Source: a virus. From it: DNA of 64,000 bases. The stretch is from positions 5,732 to 69,731 of the IMG/VR virus record IMGVR_UViG_3300031963_000102; one strand, 5' to 3'. The stretch's first letter is position 1. Each line of letters begins with the position of its first letter. The notes beneath the pieces were generated by a model. It worked only from the letters and a program-made list of their open reading frames with translations, searched no databases and was not told where the DNA came from. Made by a program: the position numbers and the translations under genes. This document shows, piece after piece, positions 30,667-39,384 of this stretch.

Positions 30667-31200
30667 TTATAGTTCTTGGGACTGAAGGTGAGCAGCACGA
30701 TTCATCCATGCTTGCACAACGAAGCCAAGTTCAAGGCCAAACATAACAGCATTGAAGATTGCTCCCATGTGTTCCTTCACTTTCTTCATGTGAATGACGG
30801 GCTTGTTCTTCTGGGTTGTGTCGTTTATCATGGACACGATTGCAGATGTAAGCAGCAGGTATTCATCGAGCTCAATGTCGTGTGCCACAAGACGTTCTCT
30901 GATTTCCCTTGCTGGCTTGAACACGTCAACACCGATGTGAATGACAGGAGCCAGAGGCTTGTCTTCAACAGCGTTGTCATTCTCCGGCTTGTTGCCGCCA
31001 AGCTTCTTTATCCCTTTCACCTTGTTGGAAGGAACAGGCTTGCCTTCAAGGACAGCTCTCGAAGCTGTCAAGTCTTTTGAGATGCTGGAGATGCACTCGA
31101 TGTGTTGGTTGAGTTCATGTAGGCTCATCTTGGAAAGCTCTGTGATGAACTTACGAGTGTGCGTTGCTGCCTTGAGCAGTTCTGTCGTCTTGTCGTCCAT
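30667..31200 (-). CDS. Hypothetical protein
   Basis: 177-aa helical ORF, ATG start, same strand as neighbours. Confidence 0.55.
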   Translation of the reverse strand: MDDKTTELLKAATHTRKFITELSKMSLHELNQHIECISSISKDLTASRAVLEGKPVPSNKVKGIKKLGGNKPENDNAVEDKPLAPVIHIGVDVFKPAREIRERLVAHDIELDEYLLLTSAIVSMINDTTQKNKPVIHMKKVKEHMGAIFNAVMFGLELGFVVQAWMNRAAHLQSQEL

Positions 31201-31221
31201 GGTACCTTGTTGGGTGCGGGT

Positions 31222-31542
31222 TCAGTCTCGAATAAGACCAGATTGGCGTAGTGCCTTGTCCTGGCTAGATTCTAGCATAGTCTTTACCCACTGTGGAGTG
31301 TTTTCTTTTATCTGTAACATCACCACAGCGCCCCCAACAACAGCTGCGTGGTTGTTCGCATCTTCCCTCCACCGATATACGCTGCGCACCTTTGTGCCTT
31401 CAAGAACCAGAAAGACTTCATCGCCCTTCGGTTGAGGCTGCCCATAACTTCGGTACTGCGTTGGGGACACGGTTCTGTTGTCGTTGCTCGGTCGATGGTG
31501 ATATCGTCCGCTGTTGTTTCGTTTTGAGTCGTTGTTCGTCAT
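31222..31542 (-). CDS. Hypothetical protein
   Basis: 106-aa ORF, ATG start. Confidence 0.55.
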   Translation of the reverse strand: MTNNDSKRNNSGRYHHRPSNDNRTVSPTQYRSYGQPQPKGDEVFLVLEGTKVRSVYRWREDANNHAAVVGGAVVMLQIKENTPQWVKTMLESSQDKALRQSGLIRD

Positions 31543-31550
31543 TTATGATT

Positions 31551-31874
31551 CTATGTGTTGGTTTCCGAAGTGGAATGCACTTGCTCAACCCGCAAGCCGG
31601 GTGTGACAATAATCAGACCAGTATGGCCCGCTGGCAAAAGCACTTCCATGAACGTTGTCGATGCGTCGGAAGGATTCGAAACGCCGCCAAGATATCCCGT
31701 TCTGTATGACACAAGCACAAGAACATCTCCAGGTTCGAACATCCCAACGGTTGTGCCCATCCATGACTTCACAGCCCATATGGGTGCCGCATGCCCGACG
31801 TTCCTAACTAGCTGTCCAGGTACAGGACTGCCAGCTGTAGGAGGCTCTGCATATGGAAGCGTGGAGGTTGTCAT
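31551..31874 (-). CDS. SH3b-like small family protein
   Basis: PVPGQLVR...FEPGDVLVLV...EVLLPAGHTGLI. Confidence 0.55.
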   Translation of the reverse strand: MTTSTLPYAEPPTAGSPVPGQLVRNVGHAAPIWAVKSWMGTTVGMFEPGDVLVLVSYRTGYLGGVSNPSDASTTFMEVLLPAGHTGLIIVTPGLRVEQVHSTSETNT

Positions 31875-31911
31875 GGTCTTATGTGTATACTGTGTAGGTA
31901 GATTATGTCGT

Positions 31912-32109
31912 TTATCCATCATTATCTGTCTCAACCTCTTCCCATACTCGACGGTCGAAGCCCCAGCAAGACCAGTATACGCCGTCGTGTCCCAAAAATG
32001 AATAGTGGTCGACGCCCACTTCTGGGCGGTACGCCACGATAAAGCGAAGTATGCTTCGATTATCGACAAAAGCGTACAGCTTCCCAAGCTTCAGCGGTTC
32101 CTTATTCAC
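31912..32109 (-). CDS. Small array family protein
   Basis: LKLGKLYAF...DG..WEEVE. Confidence 0.65.
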   Translation of the reverse strand: MNKEPLKLGKLYAFVDNRSILRFIVAYRPEVGVDHYSFLGHDGVYWSCWGFDRRVWEEVETDNDG

Positions 32110-32311
32110 GGAGCTCCTCCCATTCATCAACGTACAGAACGCTCTTATGAATGGTTCCAGCGCTGGTTTGCAAGTACACACACGGACAAGCAAAACCGCC
32201 GCCATGTACGCTCAGAACTACTAGTGCAGCCTCGGGATACATTCTGCTCCTGTATAGCTTTCCAGGCTGAAGCCCACCTTCACGCCGAACCATCATGACA
32301 CCTTCCGCCAT
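32102..32311 (-). CDS. Small array family protein
   Basis: LQPGKLYR...WEELRE. Confidence 0.7.
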   Translation of the reverse strand: MAEGVMMVRREGGLQPGKLYRSRMYPEAALVVLSVHGGGFACPCVYLQTSAGTIHKSVLYVDEWEELRE

Positions 32312-32336
32312 TCACCATGGTACATGAACTTGTCGT

Positions 32337-32543
32337 TCACAGTTCCTCCCAGTCGTCATACCACAAGAACAACTCATATACTTCGCCCATGTTGTCGACA
32401 ACCCGGCAGTCCGAGTATGTCGGAGCTACCTGATTCACTCTCAACATCAGAAAGAGTTTGCCTATTCTATCTCGTGCCGATGGAGCTTCCTGCTTTATCC
32501 TGTACAGCTTGCCTGGAATGTAACGTTTGACATTTGCCTTCAT
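32337..32543 (-). CDS. Small array family protein
   Basis: YIPGKLYR...DWEEL. Confidence 0.7.
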   Translation of the reverse strand: MKANVKRYIPGKLYRIKQEAPSARDRIGKLFLMLRVNQVAPTYSDCRVVDNMGEVYELFLWYDDWEEL

Positions 32544-32545
32544 GG

Positions 32546-32770
32546 CTATTCCTCGACTTCTGCCCAACTGAAGTCATACAGGAAGAACGAACACACGTTT
32601 CCCCAGGCATCCAAAAACTCACAATAGGTTCTGCAACTTATGTCGTGGTCTACTGGACTCTGCCATGCGGGGTCATGGCTTATCACACATAGAACAAGAA
32701 TCGGATAGTCTCCCATATGAACACTTGGTTTCGTAAACCGGTAAAGCTTTCCTGGAACGAACCGACTCAT
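32546..32770 (-). CDS. Small array family protein
   Basis: FVPGKLYR...WAEVEE. Confidence 0.7.
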   Translation of the reverse strand: MSRFVPGKLYRFTKPSVHMGDYPILVLCVISHDPAWQSPVDHDISCRTYCEFLDAWGNVCSFFLYDFSWAEVEE

Positions 32771-32964
32771 GTTGGTAGCTCCGTCCAGTCTTCAAGCCAC
32801 ATGGATATGGAAGCGATTCTGCCGCTTGGACCAATAGTGAGACACCGGTGATTTTCGTTGTCAACACTACCACACAACACTTTCAGAACCATGACGAACG
32901 CTGGCGTCGTGTAGCCCACCGGCTTATAGAGCTTGCCAGGAACAAACGTTGTAAACGCTTTCAT
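32767..32964 (-). CDS. Small array family protein
   Basis: FVPGKLYK...DWTELPT. Confidence 0.7.
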   Translation of the reverse strand: MKAFTTFVPGKLYKPVGYTTPAFVMVLKVLCGSVDNENHRCLTIGPSGRIASISMWLEDWTELPT

Positions 32965-33143
32965 GGGTTTATCTCTTTCCAGTCTGCAGCCCACATGACG
33001 CTCTCGACGATTCTGCCGCTATTAGTGACAACAAGGCAGCGGAAACGCTCAACCCCCGCCTCTAGCACCTGCAGAACCATGGCAGAGTAGGTGTTCGAAT
33101 ATCGATACAGCCTACCAGGAACAAAATGTGTTACCATTCTCAT
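32961..33143 (-). CDS. Small array family protein
   Basis: FVPGRLYR...DWKEINP. Confidence 0.7.
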   Translation of the reverse strand: MRMVTHFVPGRLYRYSNTYSAMVLQVLEAGVERFRCLVVTNSGRIVESVMWAADWKEINP

Positions 33144-33382
33144 TTGAGTTCCTGCCAATCGGCGCACAAGATTGTCCAATCGTCATGCCACATTGTTATG
33201 GTGCTCACACCGCCGGTTTCTGGGCAAAAGGTTTTGCAACCTGCAGTGTAGATGCTGGGGCCAATATTATGAGTTATTCCATCGATGGACAACAGCAGGC
33301 GTACGCTCTTGAGCAAGCTATGTTGGTAAAGCCTGCCAGGAACAAGAAAGCCCTGATGATGCAGCTGCGTGTGGTTTTGCAC
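33140..33382 (-). CDS. Small array family protein
   Basis: LVPGRLYQ...DWQELK. Confidence 0.7.
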   Translation of the reverse strand: MQNHTQLHHQGFLVPGRLYQHSLLKSVRLLLSIDGITHNIGPSIYTAGCKTFCPETGGVSTITMWHDDWTILCADWQELK

Positions 33383-33390
33383 TTGTCCTG

Positions 33391-33594
33391 CTACTTTTCT
33401 GATTCGAGTTCAACCCAATATTTTGGAGTCAATACAATCCTACGCTCTATCAGCCCGGTACAGCTCAACACCGTTACTTCAACATCAACGCCATAGCGGC
33501 TAGGGTCTGAGTCCACCTGAACAACAAAGATAAGATATCCAGGGTTGGTTCTTGGCTGATACAACCTTCCAGGCTTGAAGGTCATGTTCTTCAT
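33391..33594 (-). CDS. Small array family protein
   Basis: FKPGRLYQ...WVELE. Confidence 0.7.
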   Translation of the reverse strand: MKNMTFKPGRLYQPRTNPGYLIFVVQVDSDPSRYGVDVEVTVLSCTGLIERRIVLTPKYWVELESEK

Positions 33595-33788
33595 GGTGTT
33601 TCCAGCTCTTCCCACTCGTCATCGCTCCAGATTGGCTGGGGCACAACTCTTCCAATACTGGGAAAGAATGCCAGCACCGACTTCACGCCGTTGCTGTCGG
33701 CCTGAAGAATCTCAATCATCATGAAAACCGCCAGCTTGTTGTTTTTGCACTGGTACATCTTACCCACTTCGAAAGCCTTGACGCTCAT
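33591..33788 (-). CDS. Small array family protein
   Basis: FEVGKMYQ...EWEELE. Confidence 0.7.
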   Translation of the reverse strand: MSVKAFEVGKMYQCKNNKLAVFMMIEILQADSNGVKSVLAFFPSIGRVVPQPIWSDDEWEELETP

Positions 33789-33795
33789 GGTTCCC

Positions 33796-34002
33796 TCACA
33801 GCTTCTTCCAGCGCGCATCCTCAACATACAGGTCTAGAGTTTCGCATTCTCCTGTGGTCAGCAATACCTTGCAGCGTTGGTAAGCGTATGTTGACTTAGG
33901 AGGATACTGGTAAGGCGGAAGCACTTCTAGAATCATGATGGGCGAACGTCCTGGCAGGAGGCCCTCTTTGTGGTAAAGTTTGCCTACTTCGAAGTAATTC
34001 AC
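33796..34002 (-). CDS. Small array family protein
   Basis: FEVGKLYH...RWKKL. Confidence 0.7.
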   Translation of the reverse strand: MNYFEVGKLYHKEGLLPGRSPIMILEVLPPYQYPPKSTYAYQRCKVLLTTGECETLDLYVEDARWKKL

Positions 34003-34202
34003 AGCTCCTCCATGTCCTCCAAGTCAGAGCACCATATCGATATACGCTCAACGATGCCACGGCTGGGAAAGAACGCATGACAGCCATTGACATATGGCTT
34101 GTTTAGACTGTCATGACCTGCCAGCGCACCCAGCGATATGAGAACGAAACAGATGGAATGGTTGTTTTTGCTCCTGTAGAGCTTCCCTGGTTCTAGCTTC
34201 AC
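33999..34202 (-). CDS. Small array family protein
   Basis: LEPGKLYR; AFFPS.G shared with 33591. Confidence 0.7.
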   Translation of the reverse strand: MKLEPGKLYRSKNNHSICFVLISLGALAGHDSLNKPYVNGCHAFFPSRGIVERISIWCSDLEDMEEL

Positions 34203-34213
34203 GTTCTGTGTCT

Positions 34214-34242
34214 AGTATATCAGCTGCAGCCGTGATTATCAA
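34214..34242 (-). promoter_or_regulatory. sigma70-like promoter TTGATA-17-TATACT
   Basis: AATAATGG upstream element; 17-bp spacer. Confidence 0.75.
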
Positions 34243-34250
34243 CCATTATT

Positions 34251-34511
34251 TCATGAGCAAACAACCAACTTGAACACGCTGCTGAGTTCGTGCTCGTAAT
34301 ATCCCCACGTTCGAACAACACCATCACTTTCAAGGAAGTAGTATATGTTGCAACCAAGGCTGCTCTTCCATGGTTCCGAACGCAAGTATACTGAAAACAC
34401 TTGTGCGTCTGTGTTCCAGTACAGCTTTCCAGGCACAAGCGTATGTCCATGTTGAATACGGACTATTCGAACACCTGGAGCTGTGTGTGCTGTCTTCGAA
34501 GACTTCTTCAT
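34251..34511 (-). CDS. Small array family protein
   Basis: LVPGKLYW...LESDG; ATGA-coupled. Confidence 0.6.
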   Translation of the reverse strand: MKKSSKTAHTAPGVRIVRIQHGHTLVPGKLYWNTDAQVFSVYLRSEPWKSSLGCNIYYFLESDGVVRTWGYYEHELSSVFKLVVCS

Positions 34512-34714
34512 GAGATGAGCAACCAGTTCTGAGGAACCATGATTTCTAGTTTTGTCGTTCCATCTGTGGCTAGGAAACGGACACACTCAACAACTATAGT
34601 TTCTGGTGGGAGACTTACCTCTAGAATGAATATGGTTTCTCCACTCGGGTTGTTTTCTCCAAGATAGTTTTCTCGGTAAAGCCTCCCTGGAATGAACGTT
34701 GGTTTTCTTCTCAC
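34508..34714 (-). CDS. Small array family protein
   Basis: FIPGRLYR...ATDG..NW. Confidence 0.7.
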   Translation of the reverse strand: MRRKPTFIPGRLYRENYLGENNPSGETIFILEVSLPPETIVVECVRFLATDGTTKLEIMVPQNWLLIS

Positions 34715-34941
34715 GGTATCTCTGCTTCCACCCAGTGCTCTGGGTATGCTACGTACGGATAGACACCAGGGCCACCCTGGAGCTCATCAATGGTCAACAC
34801 TTGCATGAAGTATCTTGCCGAGTAAGGGTCATACTTTGCCGCCGTTACGTTCTCTATGGTGATGGGAACAATCAGCCTGCATGCCATTCCTGGCAGAATG
34901 CACCGGTAAAGCTTACCCACAACAAATGATTCGATGCTCAT
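34711..34941 (-). CDS. Small array family protein
   Basis: FVVGKLYR...HWVE. Confidence 0.7.
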   Translation of the reverse strand: MSIESFVVGKLYRCILPGMACRLIVPITIENVTAAKYDPYSARYFMQVLTIDELQGGPGVYPYVAYPEHWVEAEIP

Positions 34942-35180
34942 AGTTCGACCCAGTCTTCGAGGTAAAGTTGCAGTGCAAATATTTCCCCGTACTGGTTTAT
35001 GACTTCAACCACACGCCATCCTCGGTTACTAGGGAACGGATCGTCACTCTTACTCACACTCAAAACGCACACAACCCATTCATAACGCACTGACTCGTAC
35101 AGCTTCCCTGGGATGAACTCTTTGGCGATGCTTGTGTGTATGTTTGTGTGTTCATGTGATTCGTCTCCACAGAGTTTCAT
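34938..35180 (-). CDS. Small array family protein (start ambiguous)
   Basis: FIPGKLYE...DWVEL; the coupled ATG at 35155 is out of frame. Confidence 0.6.
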   Translation of the reverse strand: MKLCGDESHEHTNIHTSIAKEFIPGKLYESVRYEWVVCVLSVSKSDDPFPSNRGWRVVEVINQYGEIFALQLYLEDWVEL

Positions 35181-35337
35181 AAGCAAATGCTCTTTGTGCT
35201 GTGCTTCCATCTTCCCACAGTATATCCACATATGCCCCATTCGGGGAATCGGACGGCCCACTCTTCAGAACAAACATTACAAAAGGCTGTCCACTTATGG
35301 GCACATACACATGTCCTGGAATGAACTTCGTCTTCAT
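35152..35337 (-). CDS. Small array family protein
   Basis: MKTKFIPGHVY...LWRRIT. Confidence 0.7.
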   Translation of the reverse strand: MKTKFIPGHVYVPISGQPFVMFVLKSGPSDSPNGAYVDILWEDGSTAQRAFAYETLWRRIT

Positions 35338-35525
35338 ACAACCTCAACCCATATCAAGTTGGTAAGAGCAACCCCACGTTCGATCGTAGCGTCGCTAGTA
35401 CAACAGATAACATCAACCTCGGTAGAGCCGTCGTCATACTGACATTCAACCCTTAGCACGAGAATCATGAATTCCTCTTCATCCTTCGGGTGATACAACC
35501 GTCCTGGAATGAACTTCGTCTTCAT
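35334..35525 (-). CDS. Small array family protein (recent duplicate of 35522)
   Basis: FIPGRLYHPKDEEEF...LTNLIWVEVV. Confidence 0.75.
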   Translation of the reverse strand: MKTKFIPGRLYHPKDEEEFMILVLRVECQYDDGSTEVDVICCTSDATIERGVALTNLIWVEVV

Positions 35526-35713
35526 ACAACCTCAACCCATAACAAGTTGGTAAGAGAAACACCCCATTCGACGTAAGCGTCGGAACAGTAGATAACATCA
35601 ACCTCGGTTGTGCCAGAGTCATCTTCGGGAGAAACCACTCTGAGCACAAGAATCAGAAATTCATCTTCATCCTTCGGGTGATACAACTGACCTGGAACGA
35701 ACTGAGTTGTCAT
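35522..35713 (-). CDS. Small array family protein
   Basis: FVPGQLYHPKDEDEF...LTNLLWVEVV. Confidence 0.75.
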   Translation of the reverse strand: MTTQFVPGQLYHPKDEDEFLILVLRVVSPEDDSGTTEVDVIYCSDAYVEWGVSLTNLLWVEVV

Positions 35714-35928
35714 ACAACAAACTCCCACTGTGCCGGATTCACCGAACAACGAATTTCAATCTTGCCGTTAGCTAGCAACACATCGGCGTAAACTAGTCTC
35801 GCCCGCCGTGGCTGTGGCGTTCCATCCACAGCGAGGACAAATATTCTGAAGCCACCAGTTTCGGGGCACTCACCTTCCTGTGGCGTCAATCGGTATATAT
35901 GTCCTGGAACGAGTTGATTCGTCTTCAT
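35710..35928 (-). CDS. Small array family protein
   Basis: LVPGHIYR...QWEFVV. Confidence 0.7.
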   Translation of the reverse strand: MKTNQLVPGHIYRLTPQEGECPETGGFRIFVLAVDGTPQPRRARLVYADVLLANGKIEIRCSVNPAQWEFVV

Positions 35929-36137
35929 ACTACTAGTCTCCACAAGCATATTGAAAGCCTTGCTCTGTGTTCTATTCCGCCGTGCTCTCGCAGTACGTCA
36001 ACAACAGCTAATCCGTTGTCGTCGACGGGCGAAAGTACCCGGAGAATGAAGACCCTAACAGGCTGCACGAAGATGTTCGACGAGAACAGCGTGTATATGT
36101 GTCCTGGAGTGAACTCTTCTGGTATGCCACGCATCAT
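35925..36137 (-). CDS. Small array family protein
   Basis: FTPGHIY...LWRLVV. Confidence 0.7.
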   Translation of the reverse strand: MMRGIPEEFTPGHIYTLFSSNIFVQPVRVFILRVLSPVDDNGLAVVDVLREHGGIEHRARLSICLWRLVV

Positions 36138-36352
36138 CCTTCTACCTCTTCCCAGTCTTCATAGAACAGTGGCTCTTCGTCCTGAACTCCATCGCTTCCA
36201 AGAAACGTGACAACTGCATGCGAAGCGCTACCGGGCGGATACTGATGCTTGCTTACACCGAGCACGTATATCATCACCCACGTTTCGAAGTAGTCTTGAA
36301 GACGCCCAGGCATTATCTTGTAGAGTTTTCCTGGAACGAACTCGGTGACCAT
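36134..36352 (-). CDS. Small array family protein
   Basis: FVPGKLYK...DWEEVE. Confidence 0.7.
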   Translation of the reverse strand: MVTEFVPGKLYKIMPGRLQDYFETWVMIYVLGVSKHQYPPGSASHAVVTFLGSDGVQDEEPLFYEDWEEVEG

Positions 36353-36354
36353 GG

Positions 36355-36585
36355 CTACACTGGCTTCCAGTAGAAGTTCGTGATGTAATGTCTGAGAACA
36401 TGACGAATCGTGCCGTCTGGCAACAGAACCTTCCGGTAGTTGGAATCAGCTAGCTCTAGAACATAAACAGAATGGAGAACCACGAGTCTGTTGGGTTCGC
36501 TAAACTGTGGATGAATCACAAGAAGCTGAATTCCGGATTCAACAATCGCTGTGTGCAGCCCTTTGTTGCATTCTTCGTCGCTCAT
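36355..36585 (-). CDS. Small protein, divergent array member
   Basis: VYVLE...VLLPDGT...YWKPV. Confidence 0.55.
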   Translation of the reverse strand: MSDEECNKGLHTAIVESGIQLLVIHPQFSEPNRLVVLHSVYVLELADSNYRKVLLPDGTIRHVLRHYITNFYWKPV

Positions 36586-36797
36586 GACTCGCTCAACTCA
36601 TTCCACATGCATCGCCTAATATACACCGTCTTGACAAGACCTTGTGCAACCAGGAGGTACCTACACTGGTATTGTATGTGTTCGGGGTTTGACGTATCCC
36701 TTGGTGTGTAAACATGCAAAACGTTCAGAACGAAGATAACAACGTCGTGATTCCTGAGCTTGTAGAGTTTCCCCGGAACAAACTGTTCTATGGCCAT
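36582..36797 (-). CDS. Small array family protein
   Basis: FVPGKLYK...WNELSE. Confidence 0.7.
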   Translation of the reverse strand: MAIEQFVPGKLYKLRNHDVVIFVLNVLHVYTPRDTSNPEHIQYQCRYLLVAQGLVKTVYIRRCMWNELSES

Positions 36798-36982
36798 AGG
36801 TCAGAAATCCGAATCCACTGCCAGCCAAAGTGGGTGGTGGAGTATGTTTTTCCGTTCTCGTCCAGGACATCATACCCTCCCAGGGCATTGAACGACAGAA
36901 TCATTCGAATTTGTGATGTGTTGTAGCTGTTCTGATAGACAGCACCAACAACAAGGAAATCTTTCACGTCGAATCCTTTCAC
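36788..36982 (-). CDS. Small array family protein
   Basis: LVVGAVY...LDENG..W; GTGA-coupled. Confidence 0.6.
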   Translation of the reverse strand: MKGFDVKDFLVVGAVYQNSYNTSQIRMILSFNALGGYDVLDENGKTYSTTHFGWQWIRISDLWP

Positions 36983-37176
36983 GTCGCAAGCTCTTCCCAG
37001 AACTTCCGGACCATTTGTATCTTCATCATCTCGCCCTTGTCGTTGATAACCCAGCACATCGGCAGCCCAGGATTGGAGTATGCAGGGATTATCTCCAGCA
37101 CAAGGACCGTCCAGGGAAACTCGGTGTTGCCGTAGAGCTTCCCAACCTCGATGCCGGAGTGAGACTGAACCTTCAT
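36979..37176 (-). CDS. Small array family protein
   Basis: IEVGKLY...FWEEL; ATG 6 nt after the -10 box. Confidence 0.7.
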   Translation of the reverse strand: MKVQSHSGIEVGKLYGNTEFPWTVLVLEIIPAYSNPGLPMCWVINDKGEMMKIQMVRKFWEELAT

Positions 37177-37182
37177 GAACAC

Positions 37183-37211
37183 AGTATATCAGTTGTGGGG
37201 GCGAATATCAA
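37183..37211 (-). promoter_or_regulatory. sigma70-like leaderless promoter TTGATA-17-TATACT-6-ATG
   Basis: GAATAATGG upstream; ATG at 37176. Confidence 0.8.
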
Positions 37212-37214
37212 CCA

Positions 37215-37463
37215 TTATTCCACCTTGACCCAAACCAGCGGGTGTATTTCCCAAACCCAACCCACTCGTCCATCAGGAAGTAGAACCTTCGGTGACACAC
37301 GTCTCCCATTGCTGATATAGGAACACTCCAGCAGAAACAGCTGTTTTATCAACACAACTTCCTCCGAGTAGGGTTTCGAAAGGCTGAAGGACACATGAGT
37401 ATTCCGGCCACCTGCCAGCGTCATGTAGGTTGAGCGAACCACATACAAGCCGGGAGTCAACAC
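37215..37463 (-). CDS. Small array family protein
   Basis: LTPGLY...LLPDGRVGWV...WVKVE. Confidence 0.65.
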   Translation of the reverse strand: MLTPGLYVVRSTYMTLAGGRNTHVSFSLSKPYSEEVVLIKQLFLLECSYISNGRRVSPKVLLPDGRVGWVWEIHPLVWVKVE

Positions 37464-37471
37464 AATGCCTC

Positions 37472-37693
37472 CTACTCTGCCTTGTCCCAGTCAACGTAAT
37501 ACAAGGCCATTCTGGTCACGTTGCCTAGGTGTGTAATGACGCAGCAAACGCTATAGTTTGCTGCGTGGTCCCTGGCGTTGCTGGTTTTTTCTACGGACAA
37601 CACCATCAGCTTGTTGTGGGTAGGCAGTACGTGAACAGAACCTATGTTGTTCGTCTTGTACAGCTTCCCAGATTCGAACCTCTCGTCCTTCAT
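37472..37693 (-). CDS. Small array family protein
   Basis: FESGKLYK...DWDKAE. Confidence 0.7.
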   Translation of the reverse strand: MKDERFESGKLYKTNNIGSVHVLPTHNKLMVLSVEKTSNARDHAANYSVCCVITHLGNVTRMALYYVDWDKAE

Positions 37694-37697
37694 GAAC

Positions 37698-37904
37698 TCA
37701 TGTCTCCTGCACAACAGTATAACAGTTCAGGACGTTGTTCATGAGGGTAATGACTTCTTCACCGCAATCGTCCAACAGAACAGCCGCCATCAACGAACTC
37801 GGTGATCTACGACCGATACGAGCGCGCAGAAACACGTAGAGCTTCTTGTTGTCGTTGTTCCTGATAAGCATACCAGGCTGTATCCCTTGCATTCTCGGTC
37901 GCAT
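37698..37904 (-). CDS. Small array family protein
   Basis: IQPGMLIR...LDDCG. Confidence 0.65.
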   Translation of the reverse strand: MRPRMQGIQPGMLIRNNDNKKLYVFLRARIGRRSPSSLMAAVLLDDCGEEVITLMNNVLNCYTVVQET

Positions 37905-37906
37905 GC

Positions 37907-38161
37907 TCACTGGTCCTTCACTCGCTTGCACTGGTGTAAGTTCATGAGGTATGGAGAAATCTGGCCGTCAGAATCCATCACCTTACACGTATAGGTCGTG
38001 TACTTCAGCAAAGTGTGAAGCTCTTCCCAGTGCCTTGGGATGTCATCCAAAACCTTCAAGATGATGAACAGTTCTCGGGACTGCACCACAGTGCCGTTAG
38101 GACCGATTGTAGAGCCTCTCCATTCCCACAACTCTCCGGGTATGGGTGCTTGCTTACTCAT
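37907..38161 (-). CDS. Small array family protein
   Basis: PIPGELWEW...MDSDG. Confidence 0.65.
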   Translation of the reverse strand: MSKQAPIPGELWEWRGSTIGPNGTVVQSRELFIILKVLDDIPRHWEELHTLLKYTTYTCKVMDSDGQISPYLMNLHQCKRVKDQ

Positions 38162-38384
38162 TCTGTTCCCTCACCGCTTCGGAAACAAGACTACAACAGC
38201 CGATCCCGGTACCAACTTCTATGGAGAAAACTCCAACCCTGCCTGCGAGTGTGAGGATTTTGCACCGATAGCGGCCCCATTCTTCCACCTTCAATTCCAA
38301 GACAAGAAAGATGAAGGTGGTTTCGCCGTCTTCATCTTCGAACCATTTCCACAGTTCTCCTGGTTCTGGCTTCGTGGCACTCAT
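38154..38384 (-). CDS. Small array family protein
   Basis: PEPGELWKW...LAGRVG. Confidence 0.65.
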   Translation of the reverse strand: MSATKPEPGELWKWFEDEDGETTFIFLVLELKVEEWGRYRCKILTLAGRVGVFSIEVGTGIGCCSLVSEAVREQNE

Positions 38385-39334
38385 CGCCCAAACACTTCAA
38401 CTTCCGCAAGGTTGAGCACTCGGTCATCAGCTCCGAGCCTTCCCATTCTCAGGAGATTGATTCGAACATATCGAGCAGTTCCAGAGACTTCGTGAGTGCT
38501 GGGATACACAGGAGGGTCGACGTTTTCCGCAACCCTGGTCCACACCACACCATCAAGCGACACTTCGACAACATAGTTCTCGTTGGAATATGAGAACCGC
38601 AAGGGACGGACAGGCCAGCCAACACGGTTCCACACGTTGACCCTTGTGATGGTTCTCTCGGAGCCTAGGTCAACACGAACCCAGGGAGCAATATCATCTC
38701 CACCCCGAGCCGTCTCGATCCAGTTGGTTCGAACACCATCGAACGCAAGGTTTGCAGGGTACAGATCAAACGTTCCACCGTTGCAAGTCACGTCCGGACG
38801 AGCACTTTCCGAACACGAGCTCAGCAAGGCCGGTCTTCCTCGGCTCAACAGCACCGAAGCAGGAGTTGCATCGACCGCAACCACATCGGGAGAAGCATCC
38901 GAAGAAGCTTCCGGCGCTGCATCCACAACAGCAACCGAGCCTTCGTCGGTTGCCACATCCGTTGCAGCGTCACGGCCACCTTCAGCAGCAGCCTCCACAT
39001 CGAACACAGAGGCGTCAGGAGAGGAAGCGTCGCCAGCGTCGACCATCGCATCGACAACATCGACGGAAGCCTCTGCCGTGTCTCCTGGAACGTCCTGAGC
39101 GGTGTCTTGAGTCACCACGTCAGCAGGAACGGGAGTGCCGGTGTCGGGAGCAGCTTCGGGCGAAGCATCCCGAACGACGGGAACGCTGGTCTCGTTGCCA
39201 CCGTCGGCAACAACGGGAGCGCTGTCTTGATCGATGGTTGGGCGAGCATCCTCGAAAGGCGGTTCCATCTCTGTGCCACAACCCACCATGAGGGCCGTGA
39301 GAACCAGGAAAGAAAAGCGAGTTCGGAGGTTCAT
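38381..39334 (-). CDS. Lipoprotein with Asp/Ala-rich linker and C-terminal F5/8 type C (discoidin/fucolectin-like) domain
   Basis: Signal II ...LTALMVGC; many DA repeats; ANLAFDG...PWVRVDLG...VWNR...ARYVRI...LNLAEVEVFG. Confidence 0.8.
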   Translation of the reverse strand: MNLRTRFSFLVLTALMVGCGTEMEPPFEDARPTIDQDSAPVVADGGNETSVPVVRDASPEAAPDTGTPVPADVVTQDTAQDVPGDTAEASVDVVDAMVDAGDASSPDASVFDVEAAAEGGRDAATDVATDEGSVAVVDAAPEASSDASPDVVAVDATPASVLLSRGRPALLSSCSESARPDVTCNGGTFDLYPANLAFDGVRTNWIETARGGDDIAPWVRVDLGSERTITRVNVWNRVGWPVRPLRFSYSNENYVVEVSLDGVVWTRVAENVDPPVYPSTHEVSGTARYVRINLLRMGRLGADDRVLNLAEVEVFGR

Positions 39335-39384
39335 GTCTGTGTTTCCTTTTGGACTGTGTTCTTCTGTGTCTCAGCTACAGATAC

